NCBI GenBank assembly: GCA_964529215.1
Contig: CAZGVY010000002.1
Location: 1 to 43,183 of the forward strand
DNA length: 43,183 nucleotides
Origin: an uncultured Mordavella sp.
GTDB lineage: Bacteria > Bacillota > Clostridia > Lachnospirales > Lachnospiraceae
Reading direction: 5' to 3'
Within the stretch, counting starts at the first letter, position 1; every line of letters starts with the position of its first letter. The notes under the pieces were generated by a model. It did no database searches. It saw only the letters and a program-made list of their open reading frames with translations, and was not told the origin of the DNA. Both the position numbers and the translations under genes were made by a program. Positions 9,092 to 18,800 of this stretch are shown here, one piece after another.

Positions 9092-10156
9092 TTATAGATC
9101 CAGTTTCATATCGCCTGACTTAATCCATCCTTTCTTCCGCATAAATTCTGATATTGCTAACGTTACAGCTCCCGGAAGAATGATCTGTATGATAAGTATC
9201 TTCACAAGCACAACCATCGCCGGTTCCGTCTGGATCATCGTCTGCCAGGTCATAATCTGTCCTACCAGGCCCGCCGTGCCCATTCCGGATCCGGTCGCAT
9301 TACTGGTCATATGAAGGACAAGTGTTCCTACCGGTCCCAGGATAGCGCTTGATAAAATCGCCGGCAGCCATATGACCGGCTTCCTCACGATATTCGGAAC
9401 CTGGAGCATTGATGTTCCAATCCCCTGTGCCAAGAGCCCCCCTACTTTATTTTCACGGTAGCTTGCCACTGCAAAGCCTACCATGTTACAGCAGCAGCCT
9501 ACCGTTGCCGCGCCGGCAGCCAGCCCCGAGAGATTAAGGATAATTCCAAGCGCTGCCGAACTGATCGGAAGCGTGAGGATCATACCCATCAGTACCGACA
9601 CCACAATCCCCATCAAAAACGGCTGCTGTTCCGTTCCCCAGTTTATAATCGAACCAAGCCATGTCATGAACCCTGAAATCGGAGGCCCGAAAATCAATCC
9701 TATCAGAGAACCGCTTCCGATCGCAGCCAGCGGCGTTACCAGAATATCCACCTTTGTCCTGCCTGAGACAAGCTGTCCCACTTCGATCCCGACGTATGCA
9801 GCAATAAACGCTCCCAGCGGCTCTCCCGGCCCAGCATAAACCATGCTTCCTTCCACCAGGACAGTTCCCGCAAGAAGCTTACTTGCAAATGCGCCTGCCA
9901 TACCGGCAGTCGCCGCTGATACTACCACCAGCTGGCTGCATTTAAATTTGTACGCCACGCCGATACCGATCCCTGCCCCGGTCAGCGATGCAGCCACCTT
10001 TCCGATCACAAAAATCATCCCGCCGGCAGCGCCGCCGATCAATGTACCGATCTGCTGGATGATCGTTCCTATGATCAGGGTTGCAAATAATCCCTGCGCC
10101 ATCCCGCTCAGTCCGTCAATAAAAATCCTGTCTAATACTTTCCTAAACTTTCCCAT
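9092..10156 (-). CDS. PTS EIIC-like (PfoR-type) membrane protein; predicted NiaR-regulated niacin transporter (NiaY-like)
   Basis: IDGLSGMAQGLFATLIIG, LTLPISSAA, GIGTSMLQVPNI motifs; adjacent to niaR with upstream NiaR box; start reassigned to ATG 10156 by RBS. Confidence 0.8.
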   Translation of the reverse strand: MGKFRKVLDRIFIDGLSGMAQGLFATLIIGTIIQQIGTLIGGAAGGMIFVIGKVAASLTGAGIGIGVAYKFKCSQLVVVSAATAGMAGAFASKLLAGTVLVEGSMVYAGPGEPLGAFIAAYVGIEVGQLVSGRTKVDILVTPLAAIGSGSLIGLIFGPPISGFMTWLGSIINWGTEQQPFLMGIVVSVLMGMILTLPISSAALGIILNLSGLAAGAATVGCCCNMVGFAVASYRENKVGGLLAQGIGTSMLQVPNIVRKPVIWLPAILSSAILGPVGTLVLHMTSNATGSGMGTAGLVGQIMTWQTMIQTEPAMVVLVKILIIQIILPGAVTLAISEFMRKKGWIKSGDMKLDL

Positions 10157-10208
10157 CGTACTCTCTCCCTGAATTTTCGTTTGCATGGATTTCCTTACAC
10201 CCATGCTT

Positions 10209-10260
10209 TACATCTGTCTTGTCACTTGGGAAGTTTATCATAATTATATCAGGAAGTCAA
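10209..10260 (-). promoter_or_regulatory. Promoter (TTGACT-N17-TAAACT) with NiaR operator at 10209-10230
   Basis: TACATCTGTCTTGTCACTTGGG resembles the Firmicutes NiaR palindrome (TACA..TGTC..GACA..TGTA, recalled) and sits immediately downstream of the -10. Confidence 0.7.
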
Positions 10261-10794
10261 CAATTCTGCCGGAATCAGATATTGCTTTTCTTTCAGCCTA
10301 TGTTCAACCAGATCCAGCGTTTCTTTATCTTTTGCCTCTATCGTGTGAAAATGGATGTCTCTTGTAAGTTCTTTCAGCGGCTTTACATGGTTGCTCTGTA
10401 TCTTATCCATAAATTCATCTACATCCCGCCTGTTATTGATAAAAAGGTCTGCTGAAATCTGTCCATATACGTTATGCTCGATAATAACATCCAGCACCTT
10501 CGCGCCCGCATCCACAATGCAGTAAAGTTCTTCTCTCATCTCTTCGTCTGTATGCTTCACCGCAAGTACGCGTTTATATGCCAGATTGCCATCCTGCCTG
10601 CCGTAAATGATATAACCCTTATTGGTGGATAGAATGTTCTTATCCGCCGTACGCAGCAATGCAATATCCTGTACGATCACCTGGCGGCTGACACCCATAC
10701 GCTTTGCCAGGGCAGCGCCTGATATTGGTTCCGTTTCCGTATTCAATAGTTCCATGATCAGAGTCCTTCTCTGTTCTCCATCCATACTTCTCAC
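10249..10794 (-). CDS. niaR: Niacin-responsive repressor (HTH + 3H domain)
   Basis: LA..MGVSRQVIVQDIALLR HTH; KH, IEH.VYG, IHFHT histidines of the 3H domain. Confidence 0.93.
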   Translation of the reverse strand: MRSMDGEQRRTLIMELLNTETEPISGAALAKRMGVSRQVIVQDIALLRTADKNILSTNKGYIIYGRQDGNLAYKRVLAVKHTDEEMREELYCIVDAGAKVLDVIIEHNVYGQISADLFINNRRDVDEFMDKIQSNHVKPLKELTRDIHFHTIEAKDKETLDLVEHRLKEKQYLIPAELLTS

Positions 10795-10837
10795 CTCTGT
10801 TTTTATTGTTACACACCTCTATGGCAAAATACAAGTC

Positions 10838-10866
10838 TTGACATTTATAAAATACATATTTATCAT
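10838..10866 (+). promoter_or_regulatory. sigma-A promoter of the 89-aa gene; overlaps a weaker NiaR-like box (AAGTCTTGACA)
   Basis: TTGACA-N17-TATCAT. Confidence 0.6.
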
Positions 10867-10925
10867 GTAAACATCAAAAGATATTCCGGCGCTTGCAGTA
10901 AACAAAATGAGAGGAGAGCTGATCT

Positions 10926-11195
10926 ATGTTCCGGTTATGGGCGAAAGAATTCAAAGACAACCGGATGCTTAAGGATACCGTTATCTGCGATGAGACAGAC
11001 GACACCCGCACGCATAAGGTATTTCATGCTCTGGAAAAGATCTGTTACGAATTTGATTTAAGCAGTCCCATCTGGCTGGATACCGCCGTCTCCGAATTCC
11101 AGCGGCATTCCAAGGCCAGGTTCTATCAGGACAGCTTCATAGATTCTATCTCATTTGACTACCTTGAGATCCAGGTCATTGAAGAAGATCAATAG
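10926..11195 (+). CDS. Small conserved-looking hypothetical protein
   Basis: AGGAGAG RBS, own promoter and terminator, acidic globular composition. Confidence 0.8.
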   Translation: MFRLWAKEFKDNRMLKDTVICDETDDTRTHKVFHALEKICYEFDLSSPIWLDTAVSEFQRHSKARFYQDSFIDSISFDYLEIQVIEEDQ

Positions 11196-11215
11196 ATAAA
11201 TATATGAAGTGATCC

Positions 11216-11273
11216 AAAAAGGAATCCTCCGCTCCGGCAGATATATACTCTGCCCTTGCAGGGATTCCTTTTT
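11216..11273. terminator. Bidirectional terminator
   Basis: AAAAAGGAATCC...GGATTCCTTTTT between convergent genes. Confidence 0.75.
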
Positions 11274-11296
11274 CTATGTTCTCTATAGCCGCCGGC

Positions 11297-12706
11297 TTAT
11301 TCGGTCTTTATCGCCGCAAGAGGGCTGAGCCGCATTGCACGCAGCGCCGGAAAATACCCGGCCAGTGTTCCCACAAGCATTGCAAATCCCATGGCCGCCA
11401 GCACCAGCCAGGCGGGAATGTAAGAAATATTTCCCTCGATACCCATAGCCGCCCCATGGCCGGTTAATATATTAATGATCCCCGACAGCAGGAAGCTTAA
11501 AACCATGCCCGCCACACCGCCGATCAGGCCAATGAACGCTGCCTCCATCAAAAACATTTGTTTGATATTCTTCAGGCTGCAGCCCAGAACCTTAATAATG
11601 CCGATCTCCTTCGTGCGTTCGTATATCGACATCATCATTGTATTTGCAATTCCAATCGCCGCTACCAGCAGTGAAACTGCGCCGATCCCCCCAAGTACCG
11701 CCTGGATCATCGCCAGCTGCTTCTTTGCGCTGTCCAGAAGTTCTGCGTTGGTACTTGCGTTATATCCTGCGGCGCGGATATCCGCCACCACCTGCTCTAC
11801 CAGGTCTGCGTCGTCAACCCTGACCTGCACAGATGAATAAGAAAAATCCTTATATGGTTTACCGCTCTTTGTAACCGGCTGTCCGGGAATCGCCCTCCCG
11901 CTGAATTCTTTCTTTAATACCTGCTTGAGTGTTTCCAGATCGCAGTATACATTATAATACCCGTTTTTATAAGTATCCGGATCACCCGATACCACTCCGC
12001 ATGCCCGTACCGCGTGTTTCTCCGCCTTTTTCCCGGCCTGCTGGGATCCCTCCGTATTTTCTTCCTCTGTTCCGAACACAGGCTGCTGGCTGGAAGAATA
12101 ATAGGCCTCCTGATCCAGGATCAGAAACAGGGTATCCTTCTGCATATCAATATCAGGCAGGTCTCCCGTTTCATAATATCCTTTTCCTGTACCTTTTTCT
12201 GTAAAATTCGTAATAATCCCATTGCCATATACCAGTTCCAGCGTACTGGTTCCGGTTGCCGGAAGCTTACCGCCTTCCGCCAGATCCAGCTTCAGTTCCT
12301 TCATTGCCTCCGGCGTCAGCGCCTCCAGCTGTGCCCATCCTTCATAGCCGCCTTTCAGCAGAACGACCGACATCTGATACTGCGGCTGTACGCTTATCAC
12401 ATGATCCAGCTTCGCAAGCTCTCTAAGCGCTGAATCCGTAAGCCTCTTATCTGACTGATCTTCGCTGTCACTGTCTGCATAATAAATCATACTTTCCCCG
12501 GCTTCCGCTCCAGTTACACTGATCGTATTCAGCCCGCCCATGGTTTCTAATTCCTTATACATAGACGCCTGTAGTCCCAGGCCGAGAGAGATCATGACTA
12601 CTATGGATGTTGTCCCGATCATCACGCCCAATACCGTAAGAAACGTACGGAGCTTCCTGCGTTTTAAATTACTGCTGCTCATCCTCAGAAGATCCATCCA
12701 GCTCAT
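11297..12706 (-). CDS. MacB/FtsX-type ABC permease
   Basis: RRKLRTFLTVLGVMIG, GIANTMMMSIYERTKEIGIIK.LG, PA.RA.RLSP..A. Confidence 0.92.
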   Translation of the reverse strand: MSWMDLLRMSSSNLKRRKLRTFLTVLGVMIGTTSIVVMISLGLGLQASMYKELETMGGLNTISVTGAEAGESMIYYADSDSEDQSDKRLTDSALRELAKLDHVISVQPQYQMSVVLLKGGYEGWAQLEALTPEAMKELKLDLAEGGKLPATGTSTLELVYGNGIITNFTEKGTGKGYYETGDLPDIDMQKDTLFLILDQEAYYSSSQQPVFGTEEENTEGSQQAGKKAEKHAVRACGVVSGDPDTYKNGYYNVYCDLETLKQVLKKEFSGRAIPGQPVTKSGKPYKDFSYSSVQVRVDDADLVEQVVADIRAAGYNASTNAELLDSAKKQLAMIQAVLGGIGAVSLLVAAIGIANTMMMSIYERTKEIGIIKVLGCSLKNIKQMFLMEAAFIGLIGGVAGMVLSFLLSGIINILTGHGAAMGIEGNISYIPAWLVLAAMGFAMLVGTLAGYFPALRAMRLSPLAAIKTE

Positions 12707-14141
12707 CCAGCAATCCCTCCTCTTCCTCTGACAGTCTGCGGGCTTTTTTCTTCTTTCTGATCATCACTACTGCTGCAAGGGCGATCACAGCTGCCACGAT
12801 AATGATAGGAATAACAGGAAGCCCAGCCTCAGGTTCTTCCATCATCTCTCCATCCATCATGCCGGCGTCCTCTGACGCCTCGGCCACCGTAAGATTAAAG
12901 TTCTCCTCTGCCGTAGTTGCAGTGCCCGCCTCGTCCTCGTAGGAAAGCGTCATCTTCACCTTGCCTTCTCCTTTGGAAGCCTTCGTTCCCTCCAGCATAG
13001 CGTCAATTGGCGTACTGGAGCCTGGCTCCAGATTCCCCAGGAACACTTCCTCTTTCTTGATATCGCTTCCCTCAAAGATCGCTTTTACATTATATAATTT
13101 AATTCTGCCAAGATTATACAGATTGCAGGATACATTGGCCTCAGACCCGACCTCCACGCTCTCCGGCGTAATCTCAAACTCACTAAACTCAAATCTTACA
13201 TTTTGCTTCACAGGAATAGAGAGGCTCGCTCCCGCCTCGATCTGCGCCGCCTCACTGTCCTCATACTTCATGGACAGGGCGATCTCATAAGGCTTTTGTA
13301 CCAGGTCTGCCTTTGCATTCAGTGAAATCGATATATCGGCGTTTCCATCCGCAGGAATCCCTTCCATATAGATGGAATTCGAACCGGAGGCAGGAAGAAA
13401 TGCCGGCGCCGTAGTCTGTTCATCGCTGCCCTCCGTAGGCGCCTGTAATTCAAAAAGCATATTGCTTACTTTTGTCTTCTTTGACGTATTCTTCAAATGG
13501 ATCGTCAGGACAAAATCGCTTCCGGCCTTTACCTCTGCCGGATTCGTAGTAAACCCGGTTACGATTACCCTTGGTACGGAACCATTGCCTGAAGAACCGC
13601 CGCCCACATAGGAGGCATCACCGGTATCAAAACTGCCAGAGAGCGGCTCCGGGGCTGACGGTTCCGGAGTCTCCGCTTTTTCAGAGGTATGCACCCAGAG
13701 CGCCTGCTCCCCGCTGACATCCGCACTCCCTCTTTTTGCGCTTACCGTAAACAGCAGTTCATAATCTTCATCCCCAGCGTCGTTTCTCTGAGTAAAGTCA
13801 AACGTAACCGTTCCACTGTCCCCCGCTCCCAGGGTTCCCTGCAATACCTTCTCCGTATCTTTCTGAGATTTCCTTATAAACGGCCATTTTGTACCGGAAT
13901 CTTTAAGTCCCGCCGACACTTTCACATCGCTAAGGTCACTGCTTCCTGTATTCGTTATTACCAGTTCGATATTCTGTGGTTTCTGACATTCAAAATTCTT
14001 TACTTCGTCTCCAGACTTTACCTCCACTTTTAAATCAGAGGACGGAGCCGAAGCCTCCGCCGGAATATCCTCCATCCCGGCCGCTCCCAGCATCACCGCC
14101 ACAGCACATAATCCCGCCAGCCATCTGCTCACCTTCTTCAT
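12669..14141 (-). CDS. Secreted, C-terminally membrane-anchored multi-Ig-like protein (COG1361/S-layer-domain-like)
   Basis: signal peptide, beta-rich repeats (PRVIVTGF.TNP..V.AG..F.L.I.LKNTS), C-terminal TM plus basic tail; overlaps both ABC genes. Confidence 0.75.
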   Translation of the reverse strand: MKKVSRWLAGLCAVAVMLGAAGMEDIPAEASAPSSDLKVEVKSGDEVKNFECQKPQNIELVITNTGSSDLSDVKVSAGLKDSGTKWPFIRKSQKDTEKVLQGTLGAGDSGTVTFDFTQRNDAGDEDYELLFTVSAKRGSADVSGEQALWVHTSEKAETPEPSAPEPLSGSFDTGDASYVGGGSSGNGSVPRVIVTGFTTNPAEVKAGSDFVLTIHLKNTSKKTKVSNMLFELQAPTEGSDEQTTAPAFLPASGSNSIYMEGIPADGNADISISLNAKADLVQKPYEIALSMKYEDSEAAQIEAGASLSIPVKQNVRFEFSEFEITPESVEVGSEANVSCNLYNLGRIKLYNVKAIFEGSDIKKEEVFLGNLEPGSSTPIDAMLEGTKASKGEGKVKMTLSYEDEAGTATTAEENFNLTVAEASEDAGMMDGEMMEEPEAGLPVIPIIIVAAVIALAAVVMIRKKKKARRLSEEEEGLLDELDGSSEDEQQ

Positions 14142-14890
14142 GATTCCAAAACCTCCCTGTCTTCTATGTATCCTGTCTTCTCTGCCGCATCTCTTTCCTG
14201 CTGCCTTCTATCCTCGATCTTCACGATCTTTCCGTCTATAATATGGAATACCCTGTCTGCATATTCTGCCAGATGATTATCATGGGTTACCATTACCAGC
14301 GTCATATTCCGCTCCCTGACGATCCGTTTCATCAATTGCATAATGTCTTCCGATGTATGGGAATCCAGATTTCCTGTCGGTTCATCTGCGAATATGATAT
14401 CCGGCTCTGCCACCAGCGCCCGCGCCACTCCTACACGCTGCTGCTGTCCTCCCGACATCTGCGCGGGCAGGTGCTTTCCATGCTTCTCCAGCCTTACCAG
14501 CTTCAGAAGCTGCTCTGCCTTTCTCATGCGGACATCCTTCGGTACTCCGCGGAAGCTCAGCGGCAGCGCGATATTCTCCAGCGCATTCATCGTCCCAAGC
14601 AGATGAAAGGATTGGAAAATAAATCCCACGTGCTCCCGCCGGAAAGTAACTAACTGTTCTTCATTCAGCTTCTCTATATGCTGCCCGCTGATAACCACCT
14701 CGCCCTTCGTTGGCTTCTCCAGACCTGCCAGCATATTAAGAAGCGTGGATTTCCCCGAGCCGGAGGTTCCCACAATCGCACAAAACTCTCCCTTATATAT
14801 GGTAAAATCCACGCCGTCTAACGCCCGGACAATCTCGTCTCCCAACCGGTAGAGCTTATACAGATGCTTCACTTCTATGACTTTTCTCAT
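14138..14890 (-). CDS. LolD/MacB-type ABC ATP-binding protein
   Basis: GTSGSGKST, GFIFQSFHL, MSGGQQQRV, ADEPTGNLD. Confidence 0.93.
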   Translation of the reverse strand: MRKVIEVKHLYKLYRLGDEIVRALDGVDFTIYKGEFCAIVGTSGSGKSTLLNMLAGLEKPTKGEVVISGQHIEKLNEEQLVTFRREHVGFIFQSFHLLGTMNALENIALPLSFRGVPKDVRMRKAEQLLKLVRLEKHGKHLPAQMSGGQQQRVGVARALVAEPDIIFADEPTGNLDSHTSEDIMQLMKRIVRERNMTLVMVTHDNHLAEYADRVFHIIDGKIVKIEDRRQQERDAAEKTGYIEDREVLES

Positions 14891-14921
14891 TGTGCCCTCC
14901 TCTCTTGCCTTTTTCTCCCCC

Positions 14922-14976
14922 AGTATAAACCCTAAATCGAAAGAAAATTGGTGGTAATTCCTTAACTTTTTCTTAA
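14922..14976 (-). promoter_or_regulatory. -10 TATACT plus TTAAG-N6-TTAAG direct repeat (OmpR-family-type site)
   Basis: CTTAA at 14961 and 14972 (11-bp period) upstream of a -10 that lacks a good -35. Confidence 0.5.
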
Positions 14977-15017
14977 TAAGAAAACACTAAAAAGGATGCG
15001 GATACATCAGATCCAGG

Positions 15018-15836
15018 CTAATTTAAGTTCAGCTTCTTCTGCAGCAGCAGGTACGTGGCCACATAGGATACTATCACTATAAAAAGCTCACCTGCCCCCG
15101 AAAGCAGAAATGTCTTTACATAGAAATCATAAAACCCGCTTGCATCCGTCATATGAACAACTGACGACATACTGTACGCCGTACCCAAAACGCCACTTAA
15201 TATACCAAGGATCATATTAACAGCAAAATAGACTACCACCGCGCCCAGTATCCTGTGGCTGGAAAACAGCTGCCCCAGCGCAATGGAAACATAGATCGTA
15301 ACAACATTCGCAACTGCTGAAAGCACAAGCAGGATGAACAATGCAAACATGATCTTCCCATAGCCTACAGAAGCCGGGAAACCCATATCTGTCAGTATCT
15401 CATTTTTATGAGCGGCAAGTTCGCTGATAAACGGCTTATATAGAACCAGTATGATCACGCTTAGGATAACCAGCGCCATGTCTAATATCACCCATACGCT
15501 TCCTGTGACCGTTTTTGAGATCAGAAGCTGGCCTCTTGTAACCGGAAGTGTATGCGTCAGATATCCCTCATCTGAATACAGCTTCTTATAAAAATGAATC
15601 GCAGTCAGCAGCAGTGTTCCAAATACCGCTGCCATGAATAATATGACAAACAGGAAAATACCGAACGTCATAACTACCACGCCTATTTTAGAGATCGCTC
15701 CTCCTTCCGGATGATCCACTATCCGCCCTATAAACAGGAATCTTCCAAGCAGCGCAGTGATCAGAAGCATCCCGTGAATCACCAGAAGATAACGGTTTAA
15801 TGCTTTAAAGTCGTATTTTATCAATTTCCCTAACAT
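15018..15836 (-). CDS. ABC-2 type permease
   Basis: MLGKLIKYDFK, FYK.LYSDEGYLTHTLPV...LL.SK, about 6 TM segments. Confidence 0.85.
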   Translation of the reverse strand: MLGKLIKYDFKALNRYLLVIHGMLLITALLGRFLFIGRIVDHPEGGAISKIGVVVMTFGIFLFVILFMAAVFGTLLLTAIHFYKKLYSDEGYLTHTLPVTRGQLLISKTVTGSVWVILDMALVILSVIILVLYKPFISELAAHKNEILTDMGFPASVGYGKIMFALFILLVLSAVANVVTIYVSIALGQLFSSHRILGAVVVYFAVNMILGILSGVLGTAYSMSSVVHMTDASGFYDFYVKTFLLSGAGELFIVIVSYVATYLLLQKKLNLN

Positions 15837-16531
15837 CTGAATACCTCCCTGAATAACATATCTACAGACTTCTTCTGTTCCATACGGATCTCATCTACCG
15901 TCGCGTTCAGCACCACCTGCCCATTCTGCAGAAAAATCACACGGTCCAGAATATTTTCAATATCAGAAATCAAATGCGTAGACAGCAAAAGCGTCGCATT
16001 CTCATTATAATTCGTCAGGATCGTATTTAAAATATAATCCCTGGCCGCCGGGTCAACTCCCCCGATCGGTTCGTCCAGGACATAAAGATCCGCATCCCTG
16101 CTCATGACCATCACAAGCTGTACCTTCTCCCTGGTTCCTTTTGACAGGGTACGGAGCCTTGCATGCAGGCCGATCCCCAGAGCCTCCAGCATCTGCTGCG
16201 CCCTGTCCCTCCTGAAATCCTCATAAAAATCCTCAAAATAAGAGATCAGGTCCCGCACCTTCCAGGAAGGCGTAAGATAGGTCCGCTCCGGAAGATAGGA
16301 TACGATCCTTTTCGTCTCTGCTCCCGGCAGCTTCCCATCGATATGAATGTTACCCTCCGTCGGTACCAGCAGGTCATTGATCAATTTGATCAGCGTCGTC
16401 TTGCCGCTGCCATTTGGACCAAGCAGGCCCACGATCTGCCCTCTCTCCAGGGACAGATTCAGATTAGATAAAGCCCAGTTCCCAGTTCCATAGGTTTTTG
16501 ATAAACCATAACATTCTAAAATCGGTTTCAT
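15830..16531 (-). CDS. ABC ATP-binding protein (YtrB-like)
   Basis: GPNGSGKTT, LSKG signature, LDEPIGGVD. Confidence 0.92.
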   Translation of the reverse strand: MKPILECYGLSKTYGTGNWALSNLNLSLERGQIVGLLGPNGSGKTTLIKLINDLLVPTEGNIHIDGKLPGAETKRIVSYLPERTYLTPSWKVRDLISYFEDFYEDFRRDRAQQMLEALGIGLHARLRTLSKGTREKVQLVMVMSRDADLYVLDEPIGGVDPAARDYILNTILTNYNENATLLLSTHLISDIENILDRVIFLQNGQVVLNATVDEIRMEQKKSVDMLFREVFRC

Positions 16532-16902
16532 GCTTTTCCTTCCCCCTTCAATGCATCTTCAAATAATATGCGTATATCTTCGTCCTTCAGCCCAAGATTA
16601 TGCATATTTTCAATAAATTCTTTCAGATACCTTTCTGCCCGTTCTTTCTTAAGTTCCTTCAGCAATTCCTCATCCTCCGTAATAAAACGCCCGCTGGTCC
16701 GCTGGGAATATACCAGTCCTCCCCGTTCCAGTTCAGACAATGCCTTCTGCATCGTGTTCGGATTCACCGCCGCTTCAACCGCCAGCTCCCGGACGGACGG
16801 CAGCTTATCTCCCGGCTTGTATCTGCCGGAAATAATATCCCGCTGAATCCGGTCAATCAGCTGTAAATAAATCGGTAAGCTATTATCCAGATTCCATGTC
16901 AT
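16528..16902 (-). CDS. GntR family regulator, YtrA subfamily
   Basis: PIYLQ, GDKLPSVRELA....VNPNTMQKA; short C-terminus; heads an ABC operon. Confidence 0.92.
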   Translation of the reverse strand: MTWNLDNSLPIYLQLIDRIQRDIISGRYKPGDKLPSVRELAVEAAVNPNTMQKALSELERGGLVYSQRTSGRFITEDEELLKELKKERAERYLKEFIENMHNLGLKDEDIRILFEDALKGEGKA

Positions 16903-16928
16903 GTTATCACCTCTCTCCGTTGTCCTAC

Positions 16929-16974
16929 TGTATTAAGTTATTAATACAATAATGCATTGGTACAGTTTTGTCAA
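16929..16974 (-). promoter_or_regulatory. YtrA-type operator TGTATTAA-N4-TTAATACA (16929-16948) overlapping promoter TTGACA-N17-TATTGT
   Basis: perfect 8-bp-arm palindrome upstream of the gntR gene. Confidence 0.75.
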
Positions 16975-17085
16975 TACCATATTTGATTTTTTCTTTCACG
17001 ACTCTGTACACAGAGCAATTGATAACCGCAGATTGAAGCAGGCGGATATATATGATATGATGTATAACAAAAGCGGGGTAACATT

Positions 17086-17745
17086 ATGAAGGACATCTCT
17101 ACAGCAGAAGCGTACTTTTTATGCGCAGTTCAGAACAAGGGGAAAATATTCGGGCATGAGGACAAAAAAATTGCCTGCCTGCTCTCGGCCGTTTTCTATG
17201 AAATGAAGATGGCCGGCCTGATCATACCAGGCAAAGATCAAATACAGATCATAAAGACAAAGGAACTTACTCCAGACTGCGCCCCTTATTTTGCTCCTGT
17301 CTACAGCCACCTGAAGGAGCTGGATTCACTGGAGCTTAAACATATCGTACAGGATTACAACAGCGGCTGGTCTGACCGGCATCTGAATGCACTGACCACT
17401 GCCATCGGCACCGGGCTCTCTGACCGGGGGCTCGCCACCAAAGCAAAACTTGGCCTGTTTAACGGCAGAGTCTATTTCATGCCTTACAAGGCCGCCGTCC
17501 CTTCGCTGGCCGCCGAGCTTCTGGTCAGCCTTCTGTATCAGACGCCCATCCCGGATGAGGATGGCTTCCTGTGGCTTCTTCTGGAAAAAAGCGCCTGTAT
17601 CCCAGACGCTTTCACCAGTCAGCAGAAGGAAGATATCAATGCCCGGATCTCCTCCGCCCTGCATTCTTCACAGCACCCGGATCTGGCTGATCTGTCCTTG
17701 TACACGGACAGGCTGCTGACCCTGGTAAAACACTATCCCATCTAA
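17086..17745 (+). CDS. GPP34/GOLPH3-like family protein
   Basis: S.AEAYFLCA...KG, A.FYEM.MAG.I, L..RGL......GLF pattern; GGGGT RBS. Confidence 0.6.
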   Translation: MKDISTAEAYFLCAVQNKGKIFGHEDKKIACLLSAVFYEMKMAGLIIPGKDQIQIIKTKELTPDCAPYFAPVYSHLKELDSLELKHIVQDYNSGWSDRHLNALTTAIGTGLSDRGLATKAKLGLFNGRVYFMPYKAAVPSLAAELLVSLLYQTPIPDEDGFLWLLLEKSACIPDAFTSQQKEDINARISSALHSSQHPDLADLSLYTDRLLTLVKHYPI

Positions 17746-17771
17746 TTGCAAAACCGTTACACTCTGGCATC

Positions 17772-17840
17772 AAAAAAGAGAGAATACTATGGATTTCAGA
17801 TTCTTCCGCATACCGGAACCTCCACAGAATTCTCTCTTTC
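17772..17840. terminator. Bidirectional terminator-like inverted repeat
   Basis: AAAGAGAGAAT...ATTCTCTCTTT between convergent genes. Confidence 0.6.
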
Positions 17841-17853
17841 TTAACGTCCTAAG

Positions 17854-18645
17854 CTATTTTTTCCCACATGGCTGGAACCATCCGTGACTCTCGCACGCCT
17901 TATAGATCCCGTCATCCACATTCTTCTCCGCCACATAATCTGCTTTTTCTTTCAGCGCACCGCAGGCATTTCCCATCGCGACACAGTAGAATCTCTCATC
18001 AAACATACACAGATCGTTATAATCATCTCCAAAGACCACCACATCCTCCGGTGTGCCTCCCGCATATTCCAGCATCCTTAAGATCCCATCCTTCTTCTCA
18101 TCTGCCTGGAACATCAGATATTCCTTCTGAAACCGTAAGTGCCCCAGCGTGTCCTTAAGCGTCAGCAGGTGTTCTTCCTCCTCCGGGATTGCCACATAAA
18201 GCTTATATATGTTTTCCTCCCTGGACGGGTCAAAGGCTTCGTCAATAATATAGGTAGTGGCTTCCTTACGTATCCCCGCTGTTTCATAGAACAAAAAGCT
18301 GTCGGCGTATACCTTCTGGGAATCATCAATGGCCGCCAGAACGCCATATCCCAGTTCCCGCGCCTGCCTGTATACCGCCAGCGCTTTGTCATAATCAATG
18401 GGACGGTTTTCTCTCAGGCAGCCGTCATAATAAATCCCATGCCCGCCATTGCATACCATATTGGAAAAGCTGTGCTCAGCGCGGAATCCTTCCGCCTTAT
18501 AATTTGCCCGGCCTGTCGCAAGAGACACAAAATGCCCGGCCGCCTCAAGCCTTTTCACTGCCTCGAGCGCAGACGGCACGATTTTTTTGGTGGCATTATC
18601 CGTCAGCGTACCGTCAATATCAAAGAAAAAATATTTTCGATCCAT
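17854..18645 (-). CDS. Cof-type HAD-IIB phosphatase
   Basis: FFDIDGTL, LATGR, FGDDYND, AMGNA; start reassigned to ATG 18645 (GGAAGGAG RBS). Confidence 0.92.
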   Translation of the reverse strand: MDRKYFFFDIDGTLTDNATKKIVPSALEAVKRLEAAGHFVSLATGRANYKAEGFRAEHSFSNMVCNGGHGIYYDGCLRENRPIDYDKALAVYRQARELGYGVLAAIDDSQKVYADSFLFYETAGIRKEATTYIIDEAFDPSREENIYKLYVAIPEEEEHLLTLKDTLGHLRFQKEYLMFQADEKKDGILRMLEYAGGTPEDVVVFGDDYNDLCMFDERFYCVAMGNACGALKEKADYVAEKNVDDGIYKACESHGWFQPCGKK

Positions 18646-18800
18646 AAAACTGCTCCTTCCTACTACAATACATTCATTAATACAATACATTCATTGTCCG
18701 GCATTTACAAGCTCTATTTTGTATAGCTGCCACGAACCAGCCCCATAACTCTGCCAATGGCAGAAGCAGCCGTAAAAAGCGGCTGCTCCTGAAGGATCCA

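Noticed and set aside
18750-18787. Twin hairpins after the bicupin gene (similar one at 27086-27135) as novel elements
   Set aside because: Short stems right after stop codons; most simply terminators or mRNA-stabilising hairpins
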